NCBI GenBank assembly: GCA_963765205.1
Contig: CAVXVB010000005.1
Location: forward strand, 160,001 to 224,000
Source of the DNA: an uncultured Verrucomicrobiae bacterium
GTDB lineage: Bacteria; Verrucomicrobiota; Verrucomicrobiia; Opitutales; JABDGR01
DNA: 64,000 bases
Direction of reading: 5' to 3'
Part shown: one piece after another, positions 51,310 to 62,880 of the stretch
How positions within the stretch are numbered: position 1 is the first letter of the stretch
Layout of the letters: each line of letters begins with the position of its first letter
Translations under genes and position numbers: made by a program
Notes under the pieces: generated by a model
The model's input: the letters and a program-made list of their open reading frames with translations, nothing else
What the model was told of the DNA's origin: nothing
Databases searched by the model: none

Positions 51310-52083
51310 ATGAAAGCATCCCCCATTCTTCTCTCCGTCGGTCTCTTCGCGCTCACGGTTGGCTCCGCCTTCGCGGATGTCGGGCCGGCGCCCCAGCCGC
51401 CGCGCGCGCCCCAACTGCGCCCCGATACCAGCTCCACCGCGCAGGCCCATTTGGACGTGGCCCAGACGGCCGTGAAACAGGCGCTGGCCGCCCTCATTCG
51501 CTCCACCACCACCAGCCATGGCGGCTACCTCGAAAAAGCCATGGTCGAGGTGAATAAAGCCACGGATGACCTGACCCAGGCTGCCGCCTATATTAAAGCG
51601 CATCCCGAAGCGAATGCGCTGGCGAATGGCCCCGCGCCCGCCGAGACCTCGAAGGTGAGCTTTACTGTGGCTCCGGCGGCCGTGCGCGGCGCGCGCGGCA
51701 CCCGCGGCGGCGTCCCTCTCCAAACGAACATGATCGAGGCCCTCGATGCGTTGAATGCCGCCTTGAACGAATTTATGAATCCCGCCGGCAGCGACTACCA
51801 CGGCCCCGTCATGGGGGATTTGGGCGGTTTCCGCCAGAAAATCATGGACGACTTGGTCCAGGCGAACACGGATGTGCTTGCGGGCATCAACTACGCGAAC
51901 GGCAGTGGCGTGCCGCCCGCCACGCCCGCGCCTGCCGCCCAACCGATCAAGGCCGCCGTCTCCGCAGACGACAACGGCACTGACCCGCGCCTGTCATCTG
52001 CCATCGCCGGGCTGGCGTTGAGCGTCGCGCTGAGCCTCGGCGGGCTGCATGTGTTTTCCCGGAATAAACTGGCGAAGAAGTAG
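51310..52083 (+). CDS. Secreted helical protein with C-terminal TM and basic tail
   Basis: Signal peptide ending AFA; homologous to 49913 helical domain; ends AIAGLALSVALSLGGLHVFSRNKLAKK. Confidence 0.8.
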   Translation: MKASPILLSVGLFALTVGSAFADVGPAPQPPRAPQLRPDTSSTAQAHLDVAQTAVKQALAALIRSTTTSHGGYLEKAMVEVNKATDDLTQAAAYIKAHPEANALANGPAPAETSKVSFTVAPAAVRGARGTRGGVPLQTNMIEALDALNAALNEFMNPAGSDYHGPVMGDLGGFRQKIMDDLVQANTDVLAGINYANGSGVPPATPAPAAQPIKAAVSADDNGTDPRLSSAIAGLALSVALSLGGLHVFSRNKLAKK

Positions 52084-52120
52084 CCACGAGCTTACTTTAT
52101 CATTTACGCGCTCATTCGCC

Positions 52121-53161
52121 ATGTCCGAAGCCGTCCTCGCTCCGCTCGCGCTTCCCGCCTCCGGCAAATGTGCCGATCGGAGCGCGGTGGCGTTTGGCCT
52201 CGCGGCGTTGTCGGTGGTCGTGTTGTCGGCGCTGCTGGCTGGGTTTGTGCCGCTGGCGTTTTCAATCGTCACGGTCTTTCTTTTTGCAGGGCCACATAAT
52301 TGGTTTGAGATTCGCTATTTCCTCAGCCGCATGCCGCCGCGCTGGGGGACGCTGCGGGTGTTCTTCCTGACTTCCATCGCCGGCGTGGTGACGCTGACGC
52401 TGGCCTTCATCGCCATTCCCGTCCTGAGCCGCGAATTCGACTGGAGCGGGGCGGCGATCATGAACGCCTCCGCCGCGTGGAACAGCGCGCTGATTTTGTG
52501 GATTGCCGCCTTGGTTGTGTTGCGCAAGCGACAGAAGACGCGCGGGGCGCGGCCGGGCGACTGGCATTTGCCGCTGGGCATCGCCTGCCTGCTGGTCAGC
52601 GGCGTGTGGATTTACCCAGCGGCGTATGACGTGGGGATTGTCTATCTGCATCCGTTCGTGGCGTTGTGGTTTCTCGACCGGGAAATCGCGCGGCAGCGCC
52701 CGGCCTGGCAGCGGGTTTACCGGCGCTGCCTGCTGGCGATTCCCGTGGCGCTGGTGATCCTGTGGTGGCAGTTGGTCAATTCGCCGCCGCTCGAGGGCAA
52801 CGACATGCTGACGATGCGCATCACGCGCCACGCCGGGGCGGAAATCCTCACCGGCATTTCCTCGCACGCGCTGGTGGCGACGCACACGTTTCTCGAGATG
52901 ATTCACTACGGGGTCTGGATTGTGGCGATGCCGTTGGTGGCGCTGCGCACTGCGCCGTGGAACTTGACGGCGGTGCCGCTGGCGCGCCGCTCGTCGTCGT
53001 GGAAATGGTTCGTCATTGCCACGGGCATCGTGGGCCTGTTCATCGTGCTGGCGCTCTGGGGCGCGTTCCTGGTTAATTACCCGATTACGCGCGACGTTTA
53101 CTTTACGGTGGCCATCGGCCATGTGCTGGCGGAAGCCTCCTTCCTGCTGAGGCTGTTATGA
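52121..53161 (+). CDS. Polytopic membrane protein with intramembrane His/Glu motifs
   Basis: About 9-10 TM; GPHNWFE, YLHP, HTFLEMIHY, HVLAE. Confidence 0.8.
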   Translation: MSEAVLAPLALPASGKCADRSAVAFGLAALSVVVLSALLAGFVPLAFSIVTVFLFAGPHNWFEIRYFLSRMPPRWGTLRVFFLTSIAGVVTLTLAFIAIPVLSREFDWSGAAIMNASAAWNSALILWIAALVVLRKRQKTRGARPGDWHLPLGIACLLVSGVWIYPAAYDVGIVYLHPFVALWFLDREIARQRPAWQRVYRRCLLAIPVALVILWWQLVNSPPLEGNDMLTMRITRHAGAEILTGISSHALVATHTFLEMIHYGVWIVAMPLVALRTAPWNLTAVPLARRSSSWKWFVIATGIVGLFIVLALWGAFLVNYPITRDVYFTVAIGHVLAEASFLLRLL

Positions 53162-53610
53162 TTGAACTCACCCCCCACGGCCTCGGTTGGATGCGGTCGT
53201 TTTTAGGCGATGTGGCCGCGCCCGTGGACATGGGCCAATTGTGGGCCTTTCTCCCCTACGGCTATTTAATCACGGTGGCGATTGAGACGCCGGTGCTGCT
53301 GGTGGGCCTGTCGCGCCCCCATTCCTGGCGGCGGTGCGTGGCGGCGGGGATTTGGCTGAATGCCTGTTCCTATCCCATCGTGGTCATCGTGCTGCCCGCG
53401 CTGCTCGGGTTGGAGCCGCGGTGGCGCTACCTCACCGTTGCCGAAATTTTTGCCCCGGTGTGCGAGTGTACGCTCTTTGCGCTGGCCTTCCACACCGCCG
53501 CCCTGAGCCGGCGCGACCGCCTCCAGGACTTAATCACCATCACGCTTGCCAACCTCTGCTCCTTTTTGGGCGGTGAATGGCTGGGCCACCACGGCTGGTT
53601 TAATGTGTGA
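53158..53610 (+). CDS. Small 4-TM membrane protein
   Basis: ATGA-coupled; TVAIE, NACSYP, AEIFAPVCE, ANLCSF. Confidence 0.75.
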   Translation: MIELTPHGLGWMRSFLGDVAAPVDMGQLWAFLPYGYLITVAIETPVLLVGLSRPHSWRRCVAAGIWLNACSYPIVVIVLPALLGLEPRWRYLTVAEIFAPVCECTLFALAFHTAALSRRDRLQDLITITLANLCSFLGGEWLGHHGWFNV

Positions 53611-53615
53611 AAGCG

Positions 53616-53668
53616 CCGCCGGGGGCGGGTGAAATTAGCCAACAGGCTACAAAACCCGCCCCCGGCGG
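53616..53668. terminator. 15-bp inverted repeat, probable terminator or REP
   Basis: ccgccgggggcgggt ... acccgcccccggcgg right after the operon; no clear U-tract. Confidence 0.45.
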
Positions 53669-53748
53669 GTCAGAAGGCGGTGGGGCGCCTGCTTTGATAA
53701 ATGCGTGGCAATTTTGGAATTATTTGTCTATTCTGGCTCTCCATTCTT

Positions 53749-55686
53749 ATGTCCGGCGACTTCTCCTGGTTCAGCGGTTTGCTTTCCACCGTGTGGGGGC
53801 TGGCGTTTGTCGCGCTCCTGCTCGGCGGTTCGATTTTTGTGCATGAGCTGGGGCATTTCCTCGCCGCGCGCTGGCGGGGGCTGAAGGTGGACCGCTTTTC
53901 CATTGGCTTTGACCCCAAAATTTTTTCCTGGAAAGGCAAGGACGGCGTCGAATACCAGATAGGCTGGATTCCGCTCGGCGGTTATGTGGCCCTGCCCCAA
54001 CTGGCCAACAGCGCCATTGAGGGCGAATCTTCCACCCCCGCGCGGGAGCTGCCACCCGTTGCCTATATTGACAAGATGATCACTGTGGTGGCGGGCGTGG
54101 TCTTTAACCTGTTATTCGCGCTGGCGTTGTCGCTGATCCTTTGGAAAGTCGGCGTGCCCTGGCCGTCGGCGTCGGACACCCAGGTTGTCGGCTATGTCTT
54201 TCCCACCATGGAGGCTTTGCGCACCGGCGTGCCGACGTTCGATTTGCCGCCCAGCCACATCCAGCGCGACTTTCCGCCGGACCCTTCACCCGCCCCCGCG
54301 GCCGCGGCCGGACTCAAACCGGGCGACCGCATCCTGGCGGTGGATGGCCGGGCCATTGCCAATTTCCGCGATTTGCCCGAGGCCATCGCCCTCAGCTCCG
54401 GCCGCGACGAGGCCGGCCATCCGCTGGTCACGATCACCTACGAGCGCGACGGCGTGCAGCAGGACGCGAAGGTTTATCCCGCGCTAGTGCCCACCAACAC
54501 GCGGGCGGGCGATCCCATCCGGGAAATCGGCCTGATGCCCGCGGAAAAGATGGTCATTGGGGACATGATGGCGTGGTCGCCGGCGCGGGCCGCCGGCCTG
54601 CGCGAAGGCGACGAAATCCTCGCGGTCAACGGGCATAAAATTTATTCCAACGCACAGCTTGGCGATGATTATATCAGCAAGTCCAACGGCCAACCGCTGG
54701 ATTTCACCATCCGCCGCGCGGGCCAGACGATGGATTTGACGGTGCATCCTGCGCCGGTGCCGCTCACCGCGCCGCTGGCGACCATCACGGTGAATAATAC
54801 CGCCGGCACGGCGTCGCTCGACATTCTGCCAATTTACAAAGTCGGCGAGGGCGGAGACGCCGCCGCGCCCACCACGCCCGCGCAAAAACTGCTGGTCTGG
54901 AATGAGGACAATCGCGGCGGCGCCTTTGGCACGATGCGACCCGGTGATTATCTGCTCAAAGTCAATGGCCACGAAGTCGCCTCGGTGCAGCAAGTGGTGG
55001 ACGCGCTCCAGGCCACACCCGCCGGGTCGGCGCCGAGTCTCGTCTTTGACAGTGAAAGCACAAGTGAAACGGCCACCTGCACGCTGCCGGCTGCCGCCGT
55101 GGCCACCGTCACCCCGCCGACCATGATCACCCGCATCGGGATCACCGGCTGGCTGGACGATGCGCCGCCCGAACATCCCACGCCCCCCGCCCAGTTTTCG
55201 CACGCCTTCGGGCAAATTTTCGGCATGTTGGGCGCGCTGTTCAACCGGCATTCCGATGTTGGCATCCAACAATTGACCGGGCCAATTGGCATGAGCCGCA
55301 TGATTTACCAGTTCTCGGAAGTGGACGTGCGCATGGCGCTGTGGTTTGCGTTCATCATCAATGTCAACCTCGCCATCCTTAACCTGCTGCCCATCCCCGT
55401 GTTGGACGGCGGGCATATTCTCTTCTTCACGATTGCGCGCCTGCGCCGCCGCGAACTGCCGCTGAGTTTTATTTCGACGGCGCAAGGCGTCTGCCTGGTG
55501 CTGATCATGAGCCTCGCGCTGTATGTCATCATCAACGACTCGCGCCGCTGGGGCGGCGAAAACGACGCCGAGGCCAAGGCCCGGCACGACAGTTATTACT
55601 ACCTTGACCAGGATAGCATGAGATTTCCCGCGCCCCCGGCGGCCTCCGCGCCGTCGTCCCCGCCCGCCGCGCCCACACAACCCTGA
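53749..55686 (+). CDS. rseP: Site-2 intramembrane metalloprotease RseP with PDZ domains
   Basis: HELGH, WIPLGGYV, three PDZ-like segments, NLLPIPVLDGG. Confidence 0.96.
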   Translation: MSGDFSWFSGLLSTVWGLAFVALLLGGSIFVHELGHFLAARWRGLKVDRFSIGFDPKIFSWKGKDGVEYQIGWIPLGGYVALPQLANSAIEGESSTPARELPPVAYIDKMITVVAGVVFNLLFALALSLILWKVGVPWPSASDTQVVGYVFPTMEALRTGVPTFDLPPSHIQRDFPPDPSPAPAAAAGLKPGDRILAVDGRAIANFRDLPEAIALSSGRDEAGHPLVTITYERDGVQQDAKVYPALVPTNTRAGDPIREIGLMPAEKMVIGDMMAWSPARAAGLREGDEILAVNGHKIYSNAQLGDDYISKSNGQPLDFTIRRAGQTMDLTVHPAPVPLTAPLATITVNNTAGTASLDILPIYKVGEGGDAAAPTTPAQKLLVWNEDNRGGAFGTMRPGDYLLKVNGHEVASVQQVVDALQATPAGSAPSLVFDSESTSETATCTLPAAAVATVTPPTMITRIGITGWLDDAPPEHPTPPAQFSHAFGQIFGMLGALFNRHSDVGIQQLTGPIGMSRMIYQFSEVDVRMALWFAFIINVNLAILNLLPIPVLDGGHILFFTIARLRRRELPLSFISTAQGVCLVLIMSLALYVIINDSRRWGGENDAEAKARHDSYYYLDQDSMRFPAPPAASAPSSPPAAPTQP

Positions 55687-55721
55687 TTGGTAAGGGTAGT
55701 GTTTGGTGGTCCGGTCCAGCT

Positions 55722-56443
55722 TTCCGTAGCGCGGTGGCTATGCCCCTTTTCCGCACTTAACCTTAGTGATTGATACAAGGCTACTTGCGAAAAAATTAAG
55801 GGTTTTACGGATACCGATGGGTAAGTGGGTGGAGACAAGCCGGAGGAAACCCTTAAGCCCGTTGCCACCCGGATATGACTTCGGGACCCCTCATTTCAAA
55901 TTGAGAACTATTGACATAATCCGGGTTGGAAGTTTACTCAAAGCATACGGGAAATTGATCTGGCATAAAGCCGCACCCGGGAGGCAAACCGATGACAGCC
56001 CAAGAATTGGATAAATACACAGCGGGGCTGACCGCTGACCAAACTAAGGCCATCCACAGCCTGCGGAAGTTGATTCTGAAATACAACCCCGGGATGACGG
56101 AAAGTGTGAACTCGGGCAAATGGCTGACGGGCCTGATCATTTATTGCATGGGGGACGGGCCGTTTATCTACGCGCTGGGGCCGCGCCCGGAGGGCATGAC
56201 CACGTTTCATATGATGCCTTATTATGGATCGACGGTGCTGCGCGAAAAACACGGGGCGGCATTTAAGAAGTTTGAAACAGGCAAGAGTTGCATTTTATTC
56301 CAGAAAGTCACGGACCTACCCCAGCAAGGGCTTATTGACGTGATTGACAAGGGTACCAAGGCGACCGTGGAAATTATCAGGGCACGGATGAAAAAGCCGG
56401 GAAAAAAACAAACGCAGCCTGTTCGTGGCACCGCGCTACGGAA
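55722..56443. repeat. 15-bp perfect inverted repeats enclosing a ~690-bp accessory segment
   Basis: ttccgtagcgcggtg (55722-55736) / caccgcgctacggaa (56429-56443). Confidence 0.65.
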
Positions 56444-56462
56444 CGCGCAACACCTCCCGTAA
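55992..56462 (+). CDS. DUF1801/YdhG-like protein
   Basis: LRKLILKYNPGMTE...GKSCILF..V.DLP; GGAGG upstream. Confidence 0.7.
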   Translation: MTAQELDKYTAGLTADQTKAIHSLRKLILKYNPGMTESVNSGKWLTGLIIYCMGDGPFIYALGPRPEGMTTFHMMPYYGSTVLREKHGAAFKKFETGKSCILFQKVTDLPQQGLIDVIDKGTKATVEIIRARMKKPGKKQTQPVRGTALRNAQHLP

Positions 56463-56485
56463 CCACGGAGTTCTTTTCGCCGCCG

Positions 56486-56851
56486 CTACTTCACCAACCG
56501 CAGGGTGAGGGGATAATGATAGCACAGGCCGTCAGACGCTTTGAGAGCGGCTTTAATTGAGCAGACTAGGAAGCAAATAACCAGCGCGATCAAAAGCGGA
56601 ATTCCGATCAAGAGGGCAACCAGCAGCATACCGCACACCGCGTAAATGATCACTGAAATATGAAAATTCAGCGCTTCGCGGGCGTTGGCGGCCACATATT
56701 CGGAATCCCGCTTCATCACCAGATACACGACCAGCGGCAGGAGGAACGGCACCCCCAAAAACCATGAAAGATGGCTCAGGACACTCCAGAGCCGGTCACT
56801 GCTGCTGGGCAGCGGCCCGGCTTGCATATAGGGAGGAGAGAGGGTGGACAT
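56486..56851 (-). CDS. DUF4870 (Tic20-like) membrane protein
   Basis: LSHLS...PLVVYL...AREALNFHIS...YHYPLTLRLVK. Confidence 0.88.
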   Translation of the reverse strand: MSTLSPPYMQAGPLPSSSDRLWSVLSHLSWFLGVPFLLPLVVYLVMKRDSEYVAANAREALNFHISVIIYAVCGMLLVALLIGIPLLIALVICFLVCSIKAALKASDGLCYHYPLTLRLVK

Positions 56852-56973
56852 GGTGAAGATGGGTTGGCTCCTTTATACCACACCGCGGAAAATCGTCCAT
56901 TATAATTTCCGGGCATGGTTCTAATCGGCGGGCGGGGGCCAATCTGCCGGAACGACAGGTCAAGTCTTCCCTA

Positions 56974-57002
56974 TTGACGCAATTAGCCTTTCCTTTTAGC
57001 TT
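56974..57002 (+). promoter_or_regulatory. Sigma70-like promoter of TA operon 2 (likely leaderless)
   Basis: TTGACG-N17-TAGCTT; GTG follows 7 nt later. Confidence 0.6.
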
Positions 57003-57009
57003 ATCGCCC

Positions 57010-57228
57010 GTGAGCACGAACACCTTGCCCGCTGCCCGCGGATCCGTCGCCCGACGCCAAAGACATCCTGTTCGGGTGGCAGGGGCTTCTCGCGTGCCCA
57101 ACGCCGAGACCGTGCGCGCGCTCCAAGAGGCTGAATCAGGCTTGGGCGTGCGCCGGTTCGCCACCGTCAAGGGCTTCATGGCCCATCTTCACCGCCATGC
57201 GCGCGCCAAGCAGCACGCCTCGGTTTGA
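57010..57228 (+). CDS. Putative antitoxin (resembles RelB/DinJ C-terminal part)
   Basis: VPNAETVRALQEAESGLGVRRFATVKGFMAHL. Confidence 0.75.
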   Translation: MSTNTLPAARGSVARRQRHPVRVAGASRVPNAETVRALQEAESGLGVRRFATVKGFMAHLHRHARAKQHASV

Positions 57229-57595
57229 GCGCGAATATGGGGAAGCGCTGGCGAGCGGGGAGTTTTCTACCGACGACTTCGAGCGGCTGGTCTATGTCCT
57301 CTGCAAATACGAACGATTGCCGACGGAGGAATTGCAGCGTTATCAGGAACACGCCTTGGCGGATGAGTATTGGGGCTACTTGGAATGCCATCTTTCCAGG
57401 GACTTTATTGTCATTTATAAAAAATTTTCCGATGAAGTGCGTTTTGCCCGGATCGGGCGGCATCGTCAATTGTTCCGCCACCGCAAGCATGGTGAAAAAG
57501 GCGTGTCGCCGACTGAAACCATGGGTGGATCAGTGGAAGATGCCCTGGCGAAAACCACCCGCGCCCTCAAAAAGTGGTGGCAGCGCAAGGGTTAA
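57197..57595 (+). CDS. yafQ: YafQ-family toxin with C-terminal extension
   Basis: STPRFEREY...YQEHALADEYWGYLECHLSRDFIVIY...RIGRHRQLF. Confidence 0.85.
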   Translation: MRAPSSTPRFEREYGEALASGEFSTDDFERLVYVLCKYERLPTEELQRYQEHALADEYWGYLECHLSRDFIVIYKKFSDEVRFARIGRHRQLFRHRKHGEKGVSPTETMGGSVEDALAKTTRALKKWWQRKG

Positions 57596-57649
57596 GGTGA
57601 ATTTGGTCGGCCAAAACGGCCCCCTATTTTCGCCGTGCCTTTTGCCCAA

Positions 57650-57681
57650 CTAAGCACTAAGAACTAGAACACCAGAGCACT
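57650..57681. repeat. 7-mer tandem array (AGCACTA type)
   Basis: taagcac-taagaac-tagaaca-ccagagcact upstream of ispG. Confidence 0.6.
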
Positions 57682-57691
57682 TTCCTTTCCC

Positions 57692-59791
<2,100 letters not shown>

Positions 59792-59814
59792 CAAACCGGC
59801 CCAGTATCCACGGA

Positions 59815-59842
59815 TTGACGTAACGCAGCTTTGTGCTATTTT
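59815..59842 (+). promoter_or_regulatory. Sigma70-like promoter (likely leaderless)
   Basis: TTGACG-N16-TATTTT with TG extension; ATG follows 6 nt later. Confidence 0.55.
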
Positions 59843-59848
59843 AAGATA

Positions 59849-60127
59849 ATGACTCTCCGCCAGAAAATCACCCGCATCAAGCGCACGTTGCGCAAAGACC
59901 CACAGGCCACCTGCCCGCGGCTAGAATTGCGCGGAGTCACTTGGAAAAAGCACTCCAATTACAAGCACACCACCCGCGCCTGGGACAAGGCGCGCATCGA
60001 ATTGGGCCTGGCCACGCCGCTCGATATCCAGCGAGAAAATTCCGCCTTTCGTTTCGACCCGAAATTTCCACCGCGCATCTTGCGTTTCAGCACCCATGCC
60101 CCCGTTCGATCCCGCCGCGTTTCATGA
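59849..60127 (+). CDS. Small basic protein, putative antitoxin
   Basis: 92 aa, overlaps the downstream NTase-like gene. Confidence 0.6.
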   Translation: MTLRQKITRIKRTLRKDPQATCPRLELRGVTWKKHSNYKHTTRAWDKARIELGLATPLDIQRENSAFRFDPKFPPRILRFSTHAPVRSRRVS

Positions 60128-60854
60128 GGTTTTTCAGGCTTTGAACGCGCTGCCGATTGTCGGCGGGCAAGCGATTAATGCCTGGGCGGAGCGGTATCTT
60201 CCCCGGGAGCCGGCTTTGCAGGAATTTATCCCCTTCCTTAGCAAAGATGCGGATTTGTTTGGCGAACGCGTGCAGATTCAGCGCGGGCCGCCCCCGCCCG
60301 GCTGGGTGGTCGCTTATTATTCCGAGCCTCGCCAGTCCGCAGTGGCGCTGTTGACCAAGGATTTGGCCCAGGGCGAACAATTGCGCGTCGAGGTCATGCG
60401 CGCCGTCCATGGTCTGGATCTCCATGATCTGAGTGACGCCACGCTGGTCGAAATCGCGCCGGGCCGCGTCTACCGCTTGCCTTCGCCGCTGCGCCTGATC
60501 AAGGCCAAAATCGCCAATGTCCACGACTTGACCCGCCACGAACGCCCGCAGGACCTCAAGCATGTGCGGATGCTCGTGCTAGTCTGTGCGGCATATCTGC
60601 GCGAACTTCACGCCGCCGTGTGCGCCGGCCAAGCCCCGGAGCGCAGCCTGATCGACGCGTTGCAGGAATTGGACAAGCTCCTTCGCTCGCCCAAAGCCCT
60701 CGCCATTGCAGCCCGGCACCGCGTGGCGCTCACGCCTGCACTCCCGCTTGACCTGGCGGCGGATCAGATCCCAAAACTCGCCGCATTTTATACGCGCCGG
60801 TCTACAGAGGCAGGCGGAAAAGCCAAGAAACCCCGCTCCCGGCGCAAACCATAG
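60096..60854 (+). CDS. Nucleotidyltransferase-fold protein (putative toxin)
   Basis: IVGGQAINAWA...SKDADL, IKAKIAN...RPQDLKH. Confidence 0.7.
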   Translation: MPPFDPAAFHEVFQALNALPIVGGQAINAWAERYLPREPALQEFIPFLSKDADLFGERVQIQRGPPPPGWVVAYYSEPRQSAVALLTKDLAQGEQLRVEVMRAVHGLDLHDLSDATLVEIAPGRVYRLPSPLRLIKAKIANVHDLTRHERPQDLKHVRMLVLVCAAYLRELHAAVCAGQAPERSLIDALQELDKLLRSPKALAIAARHRVALTPALPLDLAADQIPKLAAFYTRRSTEAGGKAKKPRSRRKP

Positions 60855-60944
60855 GACGCGGTTTTCATTGACTTGCATGGCCAATGGGTTGAGCCTGAGT
60901 TGGTGCCCGCGGGGGAGAAAGGATTTTCTTATGGCTGAACTAAA

Positions 60945-61105
60945 ATGAGCACAACAATCGCATTTATTCTTACGATTATCGGAGGAGTGCTCACGTTTTC
61001 AATGGGGCAATTCCTGCTTAAAGCTGTGCTTGAGCCGTTTTTGGAGTTGAAGCGTCAAATTGGCGAAATTGCCCATGACCTGGATTTCTACGCGAATCAA
61101 ATGTT
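60945..61105 (+). pseudogene. Truncated AT-rich membrane protein gene (5' part)
   Basis: TIIGGVLTFSMGQFLLKAVLEPF...GEIAHDLDFYAN then runs directly into the antisense of the 61106 gene. Confidence 0.5.
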
Positions 61106-61471
61106 TTACACCGCAATCTTCGGCTCGCCTGTCACTAACTTTTTTGCCTGCGAGTCCACGCGCAAGTTCAGCCCTTCGAGGGCGCGGCAGCCGAGGAGGA
61201 GCAGGTCGCCGGGTTCGGCGAAGACGACTTCGTCGGTGGTCTCCGCTTTTTCCACCATCAGGACGGCGTAGCCGACCGAGCGGGTGATGATTTGCCCGTC
61301 GGCCATGCGGATTGGCAGGTCCTTCTTGCGGCGTTCGATGCCAAGTTTTTCCAAGACATGCGTGTCTACCCAGGTGAACATCGAATCCGGTTGCACCGCA
61401 AGTTTGGGCACCACGGCGGATTTCCCGTCCTGGTGGTTTTCAACTTTGCAGCCAACGTGAAAGAGGCCCAT
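61106..61471 (-). CDS. Clan AA aspartic protease-like protein (AF_0612-like), catalytic motif degenerate
   Basis: MGLFHV...LEKLGI...MADG...VVFAEPGDLLLLGCRALEGLNLRVD; AVQPDS replaces LVDTGS. Confidence 0.7.
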   Translation of the reverse strand: MGLFHVGCKVENHQDGKSAVVPKLAVQPDSMFTWVDTHVLEKLGIERRKKDLPIRMADGQIITRSVGYAVLMVEKAETTDEVVFAEPGDLLLLGCRALEGLNLRVDSQAKKLVTGEPKIAV

Positions 61472-61608
61472 GACGTGGTGAAAATACGATGGGCGCAGGT
61501 TTTGGTCAAATATAGAAATAGGGTAGAATCTTTCCGTAAATTAAGAGATTGCTCGAAATGCACTCCAGTCCTTTTTGCGCTCCTATGCGCCTCAGTCCCG
61601 CGCCGCCA

Positions 61609-62877
61609 TTACTCCACCCGCACCACTTTGCCGACGAGGAAAATATAAGACAGCGCGCCGGCCAGTGCGACGCCGCTGACGAAAATCAGGCCCGGGCGAA
61701 AGTTATTGTCTTTGATGAGGTAGCCGATGATCAGCGGCACCAGCAGCGAGGATAGATTGCCGAAGAAATTGAAAACACCGCTGGTCAGGCCGAGCAATCG
61801 TTTCGGCGCGAGCGAGGAAACCATGATCCAGGCAATCGAGGAAAGTCCGTTGCCAAAAAAGGCAATCGTCATGAAGAGCACGATGAGTTTGGGACTGTCC
61901 ACATAGTTGGCCCCAATGATCGTCGTCGAAAGCAGCAGCCCGGCGATGATGGGCAGTTTGCGCGCGGTGGTGGGCGAAACGCCGCGCTGGATCATGCGGT
62001 CGGAGACAAAGCCGGAGCTGAAGATGCCGACAAAGGCGGCAAGCCAGGGCAGCACGCTGAGAAACCCGGCGTTGATGAAATCGAGGTGCCGGTATTTGAC
62101 CAGATAGGTTGGAAACCAGGTGAGAAAAAACCAGAGCGTAGAATTGACTGCCATTTGTCCGAAATAAATTCCCCACAATTTGCGGCGGCTCAACACCAGG
62201 CGCAGGTCGGCCCAGGTGAATTTGGTCACGGCCACTTTGGCGGTGCCGGCCTCCACCAGCGCGCCGCCCGCGCGAATATAATCCAACTCCGCCTCGTTAA
62301 TCACGGTGGACTGGGCGGGGTCGCGGTAGCAGGCATACCAGCAGCCGGCCCAGACCAGTCCCAGCGTGCCGGTGAGGAAGAACACAGCCTGCCAGCCGAA
62401 TTGGTTCTGCGCGAGCGCGAGAATCGGCATGAGAAAGCCCGGGCCGAAAAACTGGCCCGAGGTGTAGGCGGCGATGCCGCGCGCGCGCTCGTGATCGGGG
62501 AACCAGGTGGTCACCGCGCGGTTTAAAATCGGATAGGTGGGCGCTTCGAAAACGCCGAGGAGCAGGCGCAAGGAAATCAAAACCAGAAAAGTGCCGGCGA
62601 ATCCCTGCAGGATGGTGGCCATGGACCACAGGGTGCAGATGAGCGCAAAGAGGATGCGGGGGCGAATGCGATCCACCAGCCAGCCGCCGGGAATTTGCAG
62701 GAACGCATAAGTAAAGCCGAAGGCCGACAGCGCCTGCCCAAGATGTTTTGAGTCGAGCTGCAGGTCGCCGGCCAGCTTGGTGGCGGCAAGCCCGAGATTA
62801 ACGCGATCAAGATACGTGATGACGACCGTGACGAACAGCATCGCGAGGATGCGAAAGCGCTGGCGCGTGGGCGGCAT
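61609..62877 (-). CDS. MFS transporter, ACS family (D-galactonate transporter-like)
   Basis: YLDRVNL, QIPGGWLVDR, WFPDHERA, YRDP, WFPTYL, GVFNFFGN. Confidence 0.92.
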   Translation of the reverse strand: MPPTRQRFRILAMLFVTVVITYLDRVNLGLAATKLAGDLQLDSKHLGQALSAFGFTYAFLQIPGGWLVDRIRPRILFALICTLWSMATILQGFAGTFLVLISLRLLLGVFEAPTYPILNRAVTTWFPDHERARGIAAYTSGQFFGPGFLMPILALAQNQFGWQAVFFLTGTLGLVWAGCWYACYRDPAQSTVINEAELDYIRAGGALVEAGTAKVAVTKFTWADLRLVLSRRKLWGIYFGQMAVNSTLWFFLTWFPTYLVKYRHLDFINAGFLSVLPWLAAFVGIFSSGFVSDRMIQRGVSPTTARKLPIIAGLLLSTTIIGANYVDSPKLIVLFMTIAFFGNGLSSIAWIMVSSLAPKRLLGLTSGVFNFFGNLSSLLVPLIIGYLIKDNNFRPGLIFVSGVALAGALSYIFLVGKVVRVE

Positions 62878-62880
62878 CGG

